Positions 1 to 15,372 are shown, counted from the first letter of the stretch. The stretch is 64,000 nucleotides of DNA from Escherichia coli (GCF_003334335.1 NZ_QOWQ01000004.1), one strand, 5' to 3'. Notes: generated by a model from the letters alone, not told the origin. A program made the numbers and translations.

Positions 1-1
1 G

Positions 2-652
2 GTGTTGACCGGTGAACGCCATTACACACGTAATGACGATATCCGGCAGTCGATCCTGGCATTGGGTGAGCCGGGTACCTTTATGACCCAGGATGTCAAC
101 ATCATCCAGACGCAAATAGAACAACGCCTGCCGTGGATTAAGCAGGTGAGCGTCAGAAAGCAGTGGCCTGATGAATTGAAGATTCATCTGGTTGAATATG
201 TGCCGATTGCGCGGTGGAATGATCAACATATGGTAGACGCGGAAGGAAATACCTTCAGCGTGCCGCCAGAACGCACCAGCAAGCAGGTGCTTCCAATGCT
301 GTATGGCCCGGAAGGCAGCGCCAATGAAGTGTTGCAGGGCTATCGCGAAATGGGGCAGATGCTGGCAAAGGACAGATTTACTCTGAAGGAAGCGGCGATG
401 ACCGCGCGGCGTTCCTGGCAGTTGACGCTGAATAACGATATTAAGCTCAATCTTGGCCGGGGCGATACGATGAAACGTTTGGCTCGCTTTGTAGAACTTT
501 ATCCGGTTTTACAGCAGCAGGCGCAAACCGATGGCAAACGGATTAGCTACGTTGATTTGCGTTATGACTCTGGAGCGGCAGTAGGCTGGGCGCCCTTGCC
601 GCCAGAGGAATCTACTCAGCAACAAAATCAGGCACAGGCAGAACAACAATGA
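2..652 (+). CDS. ftsQ: Cell division protein FtsQ, C-terminal part (5' end outside window)
   Basis: ORF track 2..652; translation recognised as FtsQ C-terminus; stop overlaps ftsA start (ATGA at 649-652). Confidence 0.95.
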   Translation: MLTGERHYTRNDDIRQSILALGEPGTFMTQDVNIIQTQIEQRLPWIKQVSVRKQWPDELKIHLVEYVPIARWNDQHMVDAEGNTFSVPPERTSKQVLPMLYGPEGSANEVLQGYREMGQMLAKDRFTLKEAAMTARRSWQLTLNNDIKLNLGRGDTMKRLARFVELYPVLQQQAQTDGKRISYVDLRYDSGAAVGWAPLPPEESTQQQNQAQAEQQ

Positions 653-1911
653 TCAAGGCGACGGACAGAAAACTGGTAGTAGGACTGGAGATTGGTACCG
701 CGAAGGTTGCCGCTTTAGTAGGGGAAGTTCTGCCCGACGGTATGGTCAATATCATTGGCGTGGGCAGCTGCCCGTCGCGTGGTATGGATAAAGGCGGGGT
801 GAACGACCTCGAATCCGTGGTCAAGTGCGTACAACGCGCCATTGACCAGGCAGAATTGATGGCAGATTGTCAGATCTCTTCGGTATATCTGGCGCTTTCT
901 GGTAAGCACATCAGCTGCCAGAATGAAATTGGTATGGTGCCTATTTCTGAAGAAGAAGTGACGCAAGAAGATGTGGAAAACGTCGTCCATACCGCGAAAT
1001 CGGTGCGTGTGCGCGATGAGCATCGTGTGCTGCATGTGATCCCGCAAGAGTATGCGATTGACTATCAGGAAGGGATCAAGAATCCGGTAGGACTTTCGGG
1101 CGTGCGGATGCAGGCAAAAGTGCACCTGATCACATGTCACAACGATATGGCGAAAAACATCGTCAAAGCGGTTGAACGTTGTGGGCTGAAAGTTGACCAA
1201 CTGATATTTGCCGGACTGGCATCAAGTTATTCGGTATTGACGGAAGATGAACGTGAACTGGGTGTCTGCGTCGTCGATATCGGTGGTGGTACAATGGATA
1301 TCGCCGTTTATACCGGTGGGGCATTGCGCCACACTAAGGTAATTCCTTATGCTGGCAATGTCGTGACCAGTGATATCGCTTACGCCTTTGGCACGCCGCC
1401 AAGCGACGCCGAAGCGATTAAAGTTCGCCACGGTTGTGCGCTGGGTTCCATCGTTGGAAAAGATGAGAGCGTGGAAGTGCCGAGCGTAGGTGGTCGTCCG
1501 CCACGGAGTCTGCAACGTCAGACACTGGCAGAGGTGATCGAGCCGCGCTATACCGAGCTGCTCAACCTGGTCAACGAAGAGATATTGCAGTTGCAGGAAA
1601 AGCTTCGCCAACAAGGGGTTAAACATCACCTGGCGGCAGGCATTGTATTAACCGGTGGCGCAGCGCAGATCGAAGGTCTTGCAGCCTGTGCTCAGCGCGT
1701 GTTTCATACGCAAGTGCGTATCGGCGCGCCGCTGAACATTACCGGTTTAACGGATTATGCTCAGGAGCCGTATTATTCGACGGCGGTGGGATTGCTTCAC
1801 TATGGGAAAGAGTCACATCTTAACGGTGAAGCTGAAGTAGAAAAACGTGTTACAGCATCAGTTGGCTCGTGGATCAAGCGACTCAATAGTTGGCTGCGAA
1901 AAGAGTTTTAA
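649..1911 (+). CDS. ftsA: Cell division protein FtsA (actin-like ATPase)
   Basis: 420 aa ORF; recognised FtsA sequence; position between ftsQ and ftsZ. Confidence 0.97.
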   Translation: MIKATDRKLVVGLEIGTAKVAALVGEVLPDGMVNIIGVGSCPSRGMDKGGVNDLESVVKCVQRAIDQAELMADCQISSVYLALSGKHISCQNEIGMVPISEEEVTQEDVENVVHTAKSVRVRDEHRVLHVIPQEYAIDYQEGIKNPVGLSGVRMQAKVHLITCHNDMAKNIVKAVERCGLKVDQLIFAGLASSYSVLTEDERELGVCVVDIGGGTMDIAVYTGGALRHTKVIPYAGNVVTSDIAYAFGTPPSDAEAIKVRHGCALGSIVGKDESVEVPSVGGRPPRSLQRQTLAEVIEPRYTELLNLVNEEILQLQEKLRQQGVKHHLAAGIVLTGGAAQIEGLAACAQRVFHTQVRIGAPLNITGLTDYAQEPYYSTAVGLLHYGKESHLNGEAEVEKRVTASVGSWIKRLNSWLRKEF

Positions 1912-1971
1912 TTTTTATGAGGCCGACGATGATTACGGCCTCAGGCGACAGGCACAAATCGGAGAGAAACT

Positions 1972-3123
1972 ATGTTTGAACCAATGGAACTTACCAATGA
2001 CGCGGTGATTAAAGTCATCGGCGTCGGCGGCGGCGGCGGTAATGCTGTTGAACACATGGTGCGCGAGCGCATTGAAGGTGTTGAATTCTTCGCGGTAAAT
2101 ACCGATGCACAAGCGCTGCGTAAAACAGCGGTTGGACAGACGATTCAAATCGGTAGCGGTATCACCAAAGGACTGGGCGCTGGCGCTAATCCAGAAGTTG
2201 GCCGCAATGCGGCTGATGAGGATCGCGATGCATTGCGTGCGGCGCTGGAAGGTGCAGACATGGTCTTTATTGCTGCGGGTATGGGTGGTGGTACCGGTAC
2301 AGGTGCAGCACCAGTCGTCGCTGAAGTGGCAAAAGATTTGGGTATCCTGACCGTTGCTGTCGTCACTAAGCCTTTCAACTTTGAAGGCAAGAAGCGTATG
2401 GCATTCGCGGAGCAGGGGATCACTGAACTGTCCAAGCATGTGGACTCTCTGATCACTATCCCGAACGACAAACTGCTGAAAGTTCTGGGCCGCGGTATCT
2501 CCCTGCTGGATGCGTTTGGCGCAGCGAACGATGTACTGAAAGGCGCTGTGCAAGGTATCGCTGAACTGATTACTCGTCCGGGTTTGATGAACGTGGACTT
2601 TGCAGACGTACGCACCGTAATGTCTGAGATGGGCTACGCAATGATGGGTTCTGGCGTGGCGAGCGGTGAAGACCGTGCGGAAGAAGCTGCTGAAATGGCT
2701 ATCTCTTCTCCGCTGCTGGAAGATATCGACCTGTCTGGCGCGCGCGGCGTGCTGGTTAACATCACGGCGGGCTTCGACCTGCGTCTGGATGAGTTCGAAA
2801 CGGTAGGTAACACCATCCGTGCATTTGCTTCCGACAACGCGACTGTGGTTATCGGTACTTCTCTTGACCCGGATATGAATGACGAGCTGCGCGTAACCGT
2901 TGTTGCGACAGGTATCGGCATGGACAAACGTCCTGAAATCACTCTGGTGACCAATAAGCAGGTTCAGCAGCCAGTGATGGATCGCTACCAGCAGCATGGG
3001 ATGGCTCCGCTGACCCAGGAGCAGAAGCCGGTTGCTAAAGTCGTGAATGACAATGCGCCGCAAACTGCGAAAGAGCCGGATTATCTGGATATCCCAGCAT
3101 TCCTGCGTAAGCAAGCTGATTAA
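1972..3123 (+). CDS. ftsZ: Cell division GTPase FtsZ
   Basis: 383 aa ORF; tubulin signature GGGTGTG present; SD-like ggagag upstream. Confidence 0.98.
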
Positions 3124-3202
3124 GAATTGACTGGAATTTGGGTTTCGAGGCTCTTTGTGCTAAACTGGCCCGCCGAATGTATAGTACACTTCGGTTGGAT
3201 AG

Positions 3203-4141
<939 letters not shown>

Positions 4142-4203
4142 CGACATTTATACTGTCGTATAAAATTCGACTGGCAAATCTGGCACTCTCTCCGGCCAGG
4201 TGA

Positions 4204-4884
<681 letters not shown>

Positions 4885-4945
4885 CAACAATAAACCTTTA
4901 CTTCATTTTATTAACTCCGCAACGCGGGGCGTTTGAGATTTTATT

Positions 4946-7651
4946 ATGCTAATCAAATTGTTAACTAAAGTTTTCGGTAGTCGTAACGATCGCACCCTGC
5001 GCCGGATGCGCAAAGTGGTCAACATCATCAATGCCATGGAACCGGAGATGGAAAAACTCTCCGACGAAGAACTGAAAGGGAAAACCGCAGAGTTTCGTGC
5101 ACGTCTGGAAAAAGGCGAAGTGCTGGAAAATCTGATCCCGGAAGCTTTCGCCGTGGTACGTGAGGCAAGTAAGCGCGTCTTTGGTATGCGTCACTTCGAC
5201 GTTCAGTTACTCGGCGGTATGGTTCTTAACGAACGCTGCATCGCCGAAATGCGTACCGGTGAAGGAAAAACCCTGACCGCAACGCTGCCTGCTTACCTGA
5301 ACGCACTAACCGGTAAAGGCGTGCACGTAGTTACCGTCAACGACTACCTGGCGCAACGTGACGCCGAAAACAACCGTCCGCTGTTTGAATTCCTTGGCCT
5401 GACTGTCGGTATCAACCTGCCGGGCATGCCAGCACCGGCAAAGCGCGAAGCTTACGCAGCTGACATCACTTACGGTACGAACAACGAATACGGCTTTGAC
5501 TACCTGCGCGACAACATGGCGTTCAGCCCTGAAGAACGTGTACAGCGTAAACTGCACTATGCGCTGGTGGACGAAGTGGACTCCATCCTGATCGATGAAG
5601 CGCGTACACCGCTGATCATTTCCGGCCCGGCAGAAGACAGCTCGGAAATGTATAAACGCGTGAATAAAATTATTCCGCACCTGATCCGTCAGGAAAAAGA
5701 AGACTCCGAAACCTTCCAGGGCGAAGGCCACTTCTCGGTGGACGAAAAATCTCGCCAGGTGAACCTGACCGAACGTGGTCTGGTGCTGATTGAAGAACTG
5801 CTGGTGAAAGAGGGCATCATGGATGAAGGGGAGTCTCTGTACTCTCCGGCCAACATCATGCTGATGCACCACGTAACGGCGGCGCTGCGCGCTCATGCGC
5901 TGTTTACCCGTGACGTCGACTACATCGTTAAAGATGGTGAAGTTATCATCGTTGACGAACACACCGGTCGTACCATGCAGGGCCGTCGCTGGTCCGATGG
6001 TCTGCACCAGGCTGTGGAAGCGAAAGAAGGTGTGCAGATCCAGAACGAAAACCAAACGCTGGCTTCGATCACCTTCCAGAACTACTTCCGTCTGTATGAA
6101 AAACTGGCGGGGATGACCGGTACTGCTGATACCGAAGCTTTCGAATTTAGCTCAATCTACAAGCTGGATACCGTCGTTGTTCCGACCAACCGTCCAATGA
6201 TTCGTAAAGATCTGCCGGACCTGGTCTACATGACTGAAGCGGAAAAAATTCAGGCGATCATTGAAGATATCAAAGAACGTACTGCGAAAGGCCAGCCGGT
6301 GCTGGTGGGTACTATCTCCATCGAAAAATCGGAGCTGGTGTCAAACGAACTGACCAAAGCCGGTATTAAGCACAACGTCCTGAACGCCAAATTCCACGCC
6401 AACGAAGCGGCGATTGTTGCTCAGGCAGGTTATCCGGCTGCGGTGACTATCGCGACCAATATGGCGGGTCGTGGTACAGATATTGTGCTCGGTGGTAGCT
6501 GGCAGGCAGAAGTTGCCGCGCTGGAAAATCCGACCGCAGAGCAAATTGAAAAAATTAAAGCCGACTGGCAGGTACGTCACGATGCGGTACTGGAAGCAGG
6601 TGGCCTGCATATCATCGGTACCGAGCGTCACGAATCCCGTCGTATCGATAACCAGTTGCGCGGTCGTTCTGGTCGTCAGGGGGATGCTGGTTCTTCCCGT
6701 TTCTACCTGTCGATGGAAGATGCGCTGATGCGTATTTTTGCTTCCGACCGAGTATCCGGCATGATGCGTAAACTGGGTATGAAGCCAGGCGAAGCCATTG
6801 AACACCCGTGGGTGACTAAAGCGATTGCCAACGCCCAGCGTAAAGTTGAAAGCCGTAACTTCGACATTCGTAAGCAACTGCTGGAATATGATGACGTGGC
6901 TAACGATCAGCGTCGCGCCATTTACTCCCAGCGTAACGAACTGTTGGATGTCAGCGATGTGAGCGAAACCATTAACAGCATTCGTGAAGATGTGTTCAAA
7001 GCGACCATTGATGCCTACATTCCACCACAGTCGCTGGAAGAAATGTGGGATATTCCGGGGCTGCAGGAACGTCTGAAGAACGATTTCGACCTCGATTTGC
7101 CAATTGCCGAGTGGCTGGATAAAGAACCAGAACTGCATGAAGAGACGCTGCGTGAGCGCATTCTGGCGCAGTCCATCGAAGTGTATCAGCGTAAAGAAGA
7201 AGTGGTTGGTGCTGAGATGATGCGTCACTTCGAGAAAGGCGTCATGCTGCAAACGCTTGACTCCCTGTGGAAAGAGCACCTGGCAGCGATGGACTATCTG
7301 CGTCAGGGTATCCACCTGCGTGGCTACGCACAGAAAGATCCGAAGCAGGAATACAAACGTGAATCGTTCTCCATGTTTGCAGCGATGCTGGAGTCGTTGA
7401 AATATGAAGTTATCAGTACGCTGAGCAAAGTTCAGGTACGTATGCCTGAAGAGGTTGAGGAGCTGGAACAACAGCGTCGTATGGAAGCCGAGCGTTTAGC
7501 GCAAATGCAGCAGCTTAGCCATCAGGATGACGACTCTGCAGCCGCAGCTGCACTGGCGGCGCAAACCGGAGAGCGCAAAGTAGGACGTAACGATCCTTGC
7601 CCGTGCGGTTCTGGTAAAAAATACAAGCAGTGCCATGGCCGCCTGCAATAA
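4946..7651 (+). CDS. secA: Preprotein translocase ATPase SecA
   Basis: 901 aa; Walker A GEGKT; C-terminal zinc finger [14 protein letters not shown]. Confidence 0.98.
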
Positions 7652-7669
7652 AAGCTAACTGTTGAAGTA

Positions 7670-7697
7670 AAAGGCGCAGGATTCTGCGCCTTTTTTA
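7670..7697 (+). terminator. Intrinsic terminator after secA
   Basis: GC hairpin aaggcgcagg-attc-tgcgcc followed by a T6 run (approximate coordinates). Confidence 0.75.
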
Positions 7698-7710
7698 TAG
7701 GTTTAAGACA

Positions 7711-8097
7711 ATGAAAAAGCTGCAAATTGCGGTAGGTATTATTCGCAACGAGAACAATGAAATCTTTATAACGCGTCGCGCAGCAGATGCGCACATGGCG
7801 AATAAACTGGAGTTTCCCGGCGGTAAAATTGAAATGGGTGAAACGCCGGAACAGGCGGTGGTGCGTGAACTTCAGGAAGAAGTCGGGATTACCCCCCAAC
7901 ATTTTTCGCTATTTGAAAAACTGGAATATGAATTCCCGGACAGGCATATAACACTGTGGTTTTGGCTGGTCGAACGCTGGGAAGGGGAGCCGTGGGGTAA
8001 AGAAGGGCAACCCGGTGAGTGGATGTCGCTGGTCGGTCTTAATGCCGATGATTTTCCGCCAGCCAATGAACCGGTAATTGCGAAGCTTAAACGTCTG

Positions 8098-8100
<3 letters not shown>
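7711..8100 (+). CDS. mutT: 8-oxo-dGTP diphosphatase MutT (Nudix)
   Basis: 129 aa; Nudix box GGKIEMGETPEQAVVRELQEEVGI. Confidence 0.97.
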
Positions 8101-8290
<190 letters not shown>

Positions 8291-8315
8291 GCCTACGTGC
8301 GGCATCAGACAAATG

Positions 8316-8513
8316 TCACTGCTTTGGTTCTTCGCTCCAGTCATCGCTTTCGGAAAGATCGCCACTGCTGGGGATTCGTTTTTCTTCAGCAGCCCATTCT
8401 CCGAGGTCGATCAGCTGACAACGTTTGGAGCAAAATGGCCGAAACGGGCTGATTTCACCCCACACCACCGTTTTCCCGCAGGTTGGGCAATTCACCGTAA
8501 TAGTTTCTGACAT
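8316..8513 (-). CDS. yacG: DNA gyrase inhibitor YacG (zinc ribbon)
   Basis: 65 aa; CPTCGK...CSKRC zinc-ribbon cysteines. Confidence 0.95.
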
Positions 8514-8522
8514 TTTTACTCC

Positions 8523-9266
8523 TTAGCAACAGGCCAGTTCGAAATCCAGACGTTCCGGTACCTGTCCGTTTTCAGTGTCCAGCGGCATAAAACGAATGGC
8601 AAAACGGCTCTTATGTCCGGAAATTTGCGGATAAAGCTGTGAATCGAGCGACAGATTCAGGCGCAGCAAGTCGGCATCGCCACCGTTATCCTGATAAAAA
8701 CCATTCAGGCTGGTTTGTTTACGGAAGGGGGCCGACTGGCGAATTAAATCCAGCACCATGGTAAGTGCCTGGGTGAGCGGGTTCAGGCTGGCAATCCAGG
8801 TTTCTACCTGGCTGTCGCGCTGCGCCTGGGGTAGATGCAGCCAAATGTGCAATGTAGGTAAATCAAAGCTGCAACAGCCGCCTGGGATGCTCAGTCGCTG
8901 ACGCACCAGAGCAATCAAACGATCTTCACGCAGAAATTGCCCGATACGCGGCGCGGAAATTAATACGCTCCCCGCCGCTTTTAACTGCTGAATTAATGCT
9001 TCAATACGGCTCTGGTCCACGCCAGGCACGCCAATCCAGGTCTGGAGTTTACGTTGCTGCCGGTCAAGTTCTTTCAACAGCTCAGTGCGGACTTCGCCGC
9101 GCTCGAAAACATCCAGTAATTCACTGACATTACGGAAGAAATGCAGCGCGCCAGCGTGGTCAACGATGGGTAAATTAACGGTGAGTTGCTGAATCAAAAA
9201 CTCAATGCGCAGCCATGTACGCATTTTTTCATTTAGTGGATGTTCAAAAAGGACCTGGGTCTGCAT
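8523..9266 (-). CDS. zapD: Cell division factor ZapD (YacF)
   Basis: 247 aa ORF recognised; between yacG and coaE. Confidence 0.95.
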
Positions 9267-9886
9267 TACGGTTTTTCCTGTGAGACAAACTGCGACGCAA
9301 GCTGCAAATAGTGTGCGTGCAGGCGGGCAACATCCGATGCGATAGCATCCGGTGCGCCGTTATTATCAATGACGTCATCTGCCACGGCAAGGCGGGCTTC
9401 GCGCGTTGCCTGAGCAGCAAGGATTTGTTCGACATGCTCGCGAGTTACATCATCGCGCTGCATGGTGCGCTTAAGTTGCGTTTCTGGGCTGACATCCACC
9501 ACAAGCACTCGATTCGCTTTTTTATACAGTGAGTTTTCTACCAGCAATGGCACAACCCACAGTACATAGGGGGAAGTAGCTTGCTGGATCTGGTGTTGCG
9601 TCTCTTGCTGAATCAGCGGATGCAGCAGGGCGTTAAGCCAGTTTTTCTCTTCCGGGTTGGCGAAGATCCGCTCGCGCAAGGCCCGGCGCTGCAATGTTCC
9701 ATCAGCAGCAATCATGTTAGCGCCAAAGTGATCAGCAATGGCATGTAGCGCAGGTGCACCTGGTTCAACCACCTGACGCGCAATAATATCGGCATCAATG
9801 ACGTTAATTCCGAGATCAGCAAACGCATTGGCAACGGTACTCTTGCCACTGCCAATGCCTCCCGTTAAGGCAACTATATACCTCAT
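9266..9886 (-). CDS. coaE: Dephospho-CoA kinase CoaE
   Basis: 206 aa; P-loop GGIGSGKST; stop overlaps zapD start by 1 nt. Confidence 0.96.
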
Positions 9887-10110
9887 AATTTATATTCCCG
9901 GGAATTCATCATGATTATCAAAACGTTAAAAATGAGTGCACGAAAGCGAAATTGATGAAACGTTCGCTCACTATTTACCAGGTAAATTTATGGGATTGTA
10001 GCGTAAAAAAAGACAATTTCGCAGTCTTGCGCCGCATTGATTAGTGCGTATGATAGCGTCACTGGAGTTGCGCTCTTACCCTTATAGCCATTAACCCCAG
10101 GAATCCGCAC

Positions 10111-11154
10111 ATGCGTATTGAAGAAGATCTGAAGTTAGGTTTTAAAGACGTTCTCATCCGCCCTAAACGCTCCACTCTTAAAAGCCGTTCCGATGTTGAA
10201 CTGGAACGTCAATTCACCTTCAAACATTCAGGTCAGAGCTGGTCCGGCGTGCCGATTATCGCCGCAAATATGGACACCGTAGGCACATTTTCTATGGCCT
10301 CTGCGCTGGCTTCTTTTGATATTTTGACTGCTGTGCATAAACACTATTCTGTCGAAGAGTGGCAAGCGTTTATCAACAATTCTTCCGCTGATGTGCTGAA
10401 ACATGTGATGGTTTCTACCGGTACGTCTGATGCGGATTTCGAAAAAACTAAACAGATTCTCGACCTGAACCCGGCATTAAACTTCGTTTGTATTGACGTG
10501 GCGAATGGTTATTCCGAACACTTCGTGCAGTTCGTTGCGAAAGCGCGTGAAGCGTGGCCGACCAAAACCATTTGTGCTGGTAACGTAGTGACTGGTGAAA
10601 TGTGTGAGGAGCTTATCCTCTCAGGTGCCGATATCGTTAAAGTTGGCATTGGCCCAGGTTCTGTTTGTACAACTCGCGTCAAAACAGGCGTCGGTTATCC
10701 GCAACTTTCTGCGGTAATCGAATGTGCCGATGCTGCGCACGGTCTGGGCGGAATGATCGTCAGCGATGGTGGCTGCACCACGCCGGGCGATGTGGCGAAA
10801 GCCTTTGGCGGCGGTGCCGATTTCGTCATGCTTGGCGGCATGCTGGCGGGCCACGAAGAGAGCGGCGGTCGCATCGTTGAGGAGAACGGCGAGAAATTTA
10901 TGCTGTTCTACGGCATGAGCTCCGAGTCTGCGATGAAACGTCACGTTGGCGGCGTTGCGGAATATCGCGCAGCAGAAGGTAAAACCGTTAAGCTGCCGCT
11001 GCGAGGCCCGGTTGAAAATACCGCGCGAGATATTTTGGGCGGCCTGCGTTCAGCTTGTACATACGTTGGGGCTTCACGCCTGAAAGAGCTGACCAAGCGC
11101 ACCACGTTTATTCGTGTGCAGGAACAAGAAAACCGCATCTTCAACAACCTGTAA
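10111..11154 (+). CDS. guaC: GMP reductase GuaC
   Basis: 347 aa ORF recognised as IMPDH-family GMP reductase. Confidence 0.96.
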
Positions 11155-11160
11155 TCTCCC

Positions 11161-11190
11161 AACGCTGGCGTGGAGCAACACGCCAGCGTT
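11161..11190. terminator. Bidirectional hairpin between convergent guaC and hofC
   Basis: Inverted repeat aacgctggcgtg-gagcaa-cacgccagcgtt (approximate). Confidence 0.6.
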
Positions 11191-12391
11191 ATCCCATCCC
11201 ACTCATCGCATCGCCTAAATGGAAAATTGGCAGATACATTGCCACCACCAGCGTACCAATAATTCCTCCCGTTATGATCAGCAACGCCGGTTCCAGTAAG
11301 GCTGCGAGGTTATCCGCCAGCGCCATTGTGTTTTCCCGATGATGATGGGCGAGGTTGTCTAACATGAGATCCAGAGAGCCGGATGCCTCTCCTGTTCTCA
11401 CTAATTGCAAACAGAGCGGGCTAAACTCACCGGTATTTTTTAGCGCCAGCCAGATGGGTTGACCGTTACTGATATCGTGCTGGATTTGTGTCAGAAGTTG
11501 CACCCAGTACGGGCAGCGCATTGTTTCTCTGACGCTCTCTACGCCCTGTAAAAAAGTAATGCCTGCACTTTGTGTCAGCGCCAGAATCGTAAAGATCTGC
11601 GTGAGTTTTTGTCCCCGCATCAGTGAACCCATAATCGGGATGCGTAACAGCAATTTCTGCCGCACTATAAGCCAGGTCGGTCGGCGCATCAGCAACTTAT
11701 TGGCTATCGCCAGCAGAAAGCCGAACAACACCAGCAGCCAGCTCCATTCGCCACTAAAGTCTGCCAGCGTCATGATCCCCTGCGTTAGTGCCGGTAGTGG
11801 GGTGTTGAAGGTCTTATAGATAGCGGCAAACTCCGGCAGAACAAAATGCAGCATTGCCACAACCACCATGATTGCCATCGCTAAAATGATGATGGGATAA
11901 CGTAACGCTGATTTCACTTTGTCGGTCAACTGACGCTGGGCTTTTTGCTGACGCGCCAGTTCAAAGCAGCATTCATCCAGCTTACCGGTCAGTTCACCCG
12001 TGCGGATCATCGCCTGATAGAGCGGCGGAAATACCTCTGACCAGGGTAATAAGGCATTGGAAAAAGCAATGCCCTGTTCGAGATCGTGCGCCAGCGATTG
12101 CAGCAACGCTTGCCATTGCTTACTGGGATGCTGTTCCGCCAGCAGAGCCAGCCCTTCAGAAAGCGTTAACCCTGCTTTGAGTAGCGTCGCCAGTTGATGA
12201 ATGACTTCCGCGCTTTTATCTCCTCGCCACTGCGCAGAATTGATGGCGATTCGCTTCAGGCTTAGTGGGGTAACCATCTGTTGCTGTAGTGCCATAAGCA
12301 GTAAAGTACGGCTCTCTGCCCATAGCATCCCATCTTGCGCATTGCCGTCGCCGGTTATGCCATGCCAGCGCCAGAGTTGCTTACTCGCCAT
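11189..12391 (-). CDS. hofC: Type IV pilus assembly platform protein HofC (PilC/GspF family)
   Basis: 400 aa polytopic membrane protein; recognised. Confidence 0.95.
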   Translation of the reverse strand: MASKQLWRWHGITGDGNAQDGMLWAESRTLLLMALQQQMVTPLSLKRIAINSAQWRGDKSAEVIHQLATLLKAGLTLSEGLALLAEQHPSKQWQALLQSLAHDLEQGIAFSNALLPWSEVFPPLYQAMIRTGELTGKLDECCFELARQQKAQRQLTDKVKSALRYPIIILAMAIMVVVAMLHFVLPEFAAIYKTFNTPLPALTQGIMTLADFSGEWSWLLVLFGFLLAIANKLLMRRPTWLIVRQKLLLRIPIMGSLMRGQKLTQIFTILALTQSAGITFLQGVESVRETMRCPYWVQLLTQIQHDISNGQPIWLALKNTGEFSPLCLQLVRTGEASGSLDLMLDNLAHHHRENTMALADNLAALLEPALLIITGGIIGTLVVAMYLPIFHLGDAMSGMG

Positions 12392-13766
12392 GCGGCATCC
12401 CCAGTACGCGGATTAACTCTTCAAAGGTGGTTAAGCCTTGCTCTACGGCCAGGCAGCCGTTTTCAAAAAGCGTACGCATACCCGCCTGTCGTGCGTGCGT
12501 TTCCAGCGATTCAACGTCGGTATTAGCGGAAATAAGCTGACGAATGACCGGCGTTATGGGCAGAACTTCAAATAAGGCCGTACGACCATAAAAACCGTGG
12601 TAGCAATGTACACAACCGGGTGCCTGCCAGTGGGGCAGCGGCGATGGCCATACATTGTCTGGAATGTGGATGGGCTCCCCTTGCTGCCGGCGACAATGTG
12701 GGCAAAGTTTGCGTACCAGACGCTGGGCTATTACCAGCGTAAGCGCCGATGATAGCATCCAGCGGGCGACCCCCATTTGCTGTAAACGTACCAGCGTTTC
12801 GCAGGTGGAATTAGTGTGTAGGGTAGACAACACCAGGTGACCAGTTTGCGCCGCTTTAATAGCGATCTCTGCTGTTTCGCCATCGCGGATCTCTCCGATC
12901 ATGATGACGTCAGGATCCTGGCGCAATAACGCACGCAAAACGCCCTGAAAGGTGAGTCCGGCACGCGGATGGATTTGCGTCTGGTTTAGTCCGGCTATGG
13001 GGATCTCAACTGGATCTTCGACGCTACAAATATTAATGTCAGCGGTATTCAGCTTTTGCAGGGCACTATAAAGCGTGACCGTTTTGCCGCTGCCGGTAGG
13101 GCCAGTTACCAGCACCAGTCCCTGTGGTTGTTGCAAGGCATGAGCAAAGTCCGCCAGTTGTAACGGCTGCATTCCAAGCGTGTTGACATCCAGTGCCTGA
13201 CCCACCTGCTGTAACAACCTTAATACCACCTTTTCACCACCCCGACATGGTAAGGTCGCAATACGAAATGAGACGGCGTTTCCTGCCAGTTCGACAGTGA
13301 ATTGCCCGTCCTGCGGCAGGCGATGTTCCGCAATATCCAGGTTTCCCAGCACTTTTAATCTGGCGGTTAATGCGACTCCGGCATCCGGTGAAACATCCGG
13401 TAAAGGATGCAATACGCCGTCGATACGCAAGCGGATGCGGTAGGCATTGTCCGCTGGTTCGATATGAATATCAGACGCGCGTTGTTCCAGCGCAGATTGT
13501 AACGTTCGAGTTAGCAACTCTGCTTTGGGCTGATGCTTCTCCTGAACAGCTACGGGCAATGTCTGTTGTGTGCGACTGGCGTGACCTTCCATTTGTTGGC
13601 GCGTCCAGCAGGTGATCTCAATACGTTTGGTGGTAGCGAAATGCAATGCGTCCAGTAGCTCATGCGAAGGTGCATCGACTACCGCAACATGAACCACCTC
13701 TTCGCTGGCATCCAGCAAGACTCCATGATAACGCAGACACAGGGCAGTGAGCTGTGGAATATTCAT
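12381..13766 (-). CDS. hofB: Type IV pilus assembly ATPase HofB (PilB/GspE family)
   Basis: 461 aa; Walker A GPTGSGKT; 11-nt overlap with hofC. Confidence 0.95.
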   Translation of the reverse strand: MNIPQLTALCLRYHGVLLDASEEVVHVAVVDAPSHELLDALHFATTKRIEITCWTRQQMEGHASRTQQTLPVAVQEKHQPKAELLTRTLQSALEQRASDIHIEPADNAYRIRLRIDGVLHPLPDVSPDAGVALTARLKVLGNLDIAEHRLPQDGQFTVELAGNAVSFRIATLPCRGGEKVVLRLLQQVGQALDVNTLGMQPLQLADFAHALQQPQGLVLVTGPTGSGKTVTLYSALQKLNTADINICSVEDPVEIPIAGLNQTQIHPRAGLTFQGVLRALLRQDPDVIMIGEIRDGETAEIAIKAAQTGHLVLSTLHTNSTCETLVRLQQMGVARWMLSSALTLVIAQRLVRKLCPHCRRQQGEPIHIPDNVWPSPLPHWQAPGCVHCYHGFYGRTALFEVLPITPVIRQLISANTDVESLETHARQAGMRTLFENGCLAVEQGLTTFEELIRVLGMPHGE

Positions 13767-13775
13767 TGCCGCTCC

Positions 13776-14216
13776 TTAGTTGGCGTCATCAAAGCGGAAG
13801 ACATCTTCGCAGGCTTGCTGCAATGCGCTGTCACTTTGAATATTGCAGTTGCGCGTCCAGCCGGTGACGCCGTTTGCGTTATCCCAACCCGGTGTCATGA
13901 CGACGCTTAGCCCATTGAGACTTTCTTGCCCGGTCAGCGACACCACGCCCTTTGCCACACTCATGGCTGAAACATAGCGGGTGGTGGTAGGCGAGGGAAT
14001 GCCATTGCTGCCACCGTCGCAGGTATCTAATCCACCATGTTCCAGCGCGCACAACTCTACGGCGGTACGGTAAGGCACAAAGGTTTGTAGCATGTCGGTG
14101 AGTGCGGCTTTGCGCAGGTAGTTTTGATAAGCGGGAATACCAATGGCGCTTAAAATGGCAATGATGCCAATAACCACCATCAGTTCGATAAGTGTAAAAC
14201 CGCGTTGCTTGTCCAT
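13776..14216 (-). CDS. ppdD: Prepilin PpdD (type IV major pilin)
   Basis: 146 aa; prepilin N-terminus MDKQRGFTLIELMVVIGIIAIL (G|F cleavage site, N-methyl Phe). Confidence 0.95.
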   Translation of the reverse strand: MDKQRGFTLIELMVVIGIIAILSAIGIPAYQNYLRKAALTDMLQTFVPYRTAVELCALEHGGLDTCDGGSNGIPSPTTTRYVSAMSVAKGVVSLTGQESLNGLSVVMTPGWDNANGVTGWTRNCNIQSDSALQQACEDVFRFDDAN

Positions 14217-14418
14217 CTGTTTCGCTCCTTGATTTGGTTGGCGCTACTTTGGCAAACGCCATCAGCACAGGCGAGGGGCAAAAAACGAAACGGGAAAGCA
14301 GATTCCGAGGTTTTTTATTTCGTTGCAGCGAAAGACAAGAAATTTGCGAGGCGTTACGAAGAAAGTTGGGGAAGGGGAGATTATCCGCCCGCGATGGAGC
14401 GGATAAATCTGTCAACTA

Positions 14419-15372
<954 letters not shown>

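Noticed and set aside
1921-1942. Short hairpin ggccgacg-atgat-tacggcc in the ftsA-ftsZ spacer as a terminator
   Set aside because: ftsZ is co-transcribed from promoters within ftsQ and ftsA and there is no T-run. More likely an RNA processing or structure element; insufficient evidence to call.
1933-3114. 393-aa minus-strand ORF fully antisense to ftsZ
   Set aside because: ftsZ on the plus strand is unambiguous (tubulin signature). Long antisense ORFs are common opposite GC-rich highly expressed genes. No RBS and no recognisable protein.
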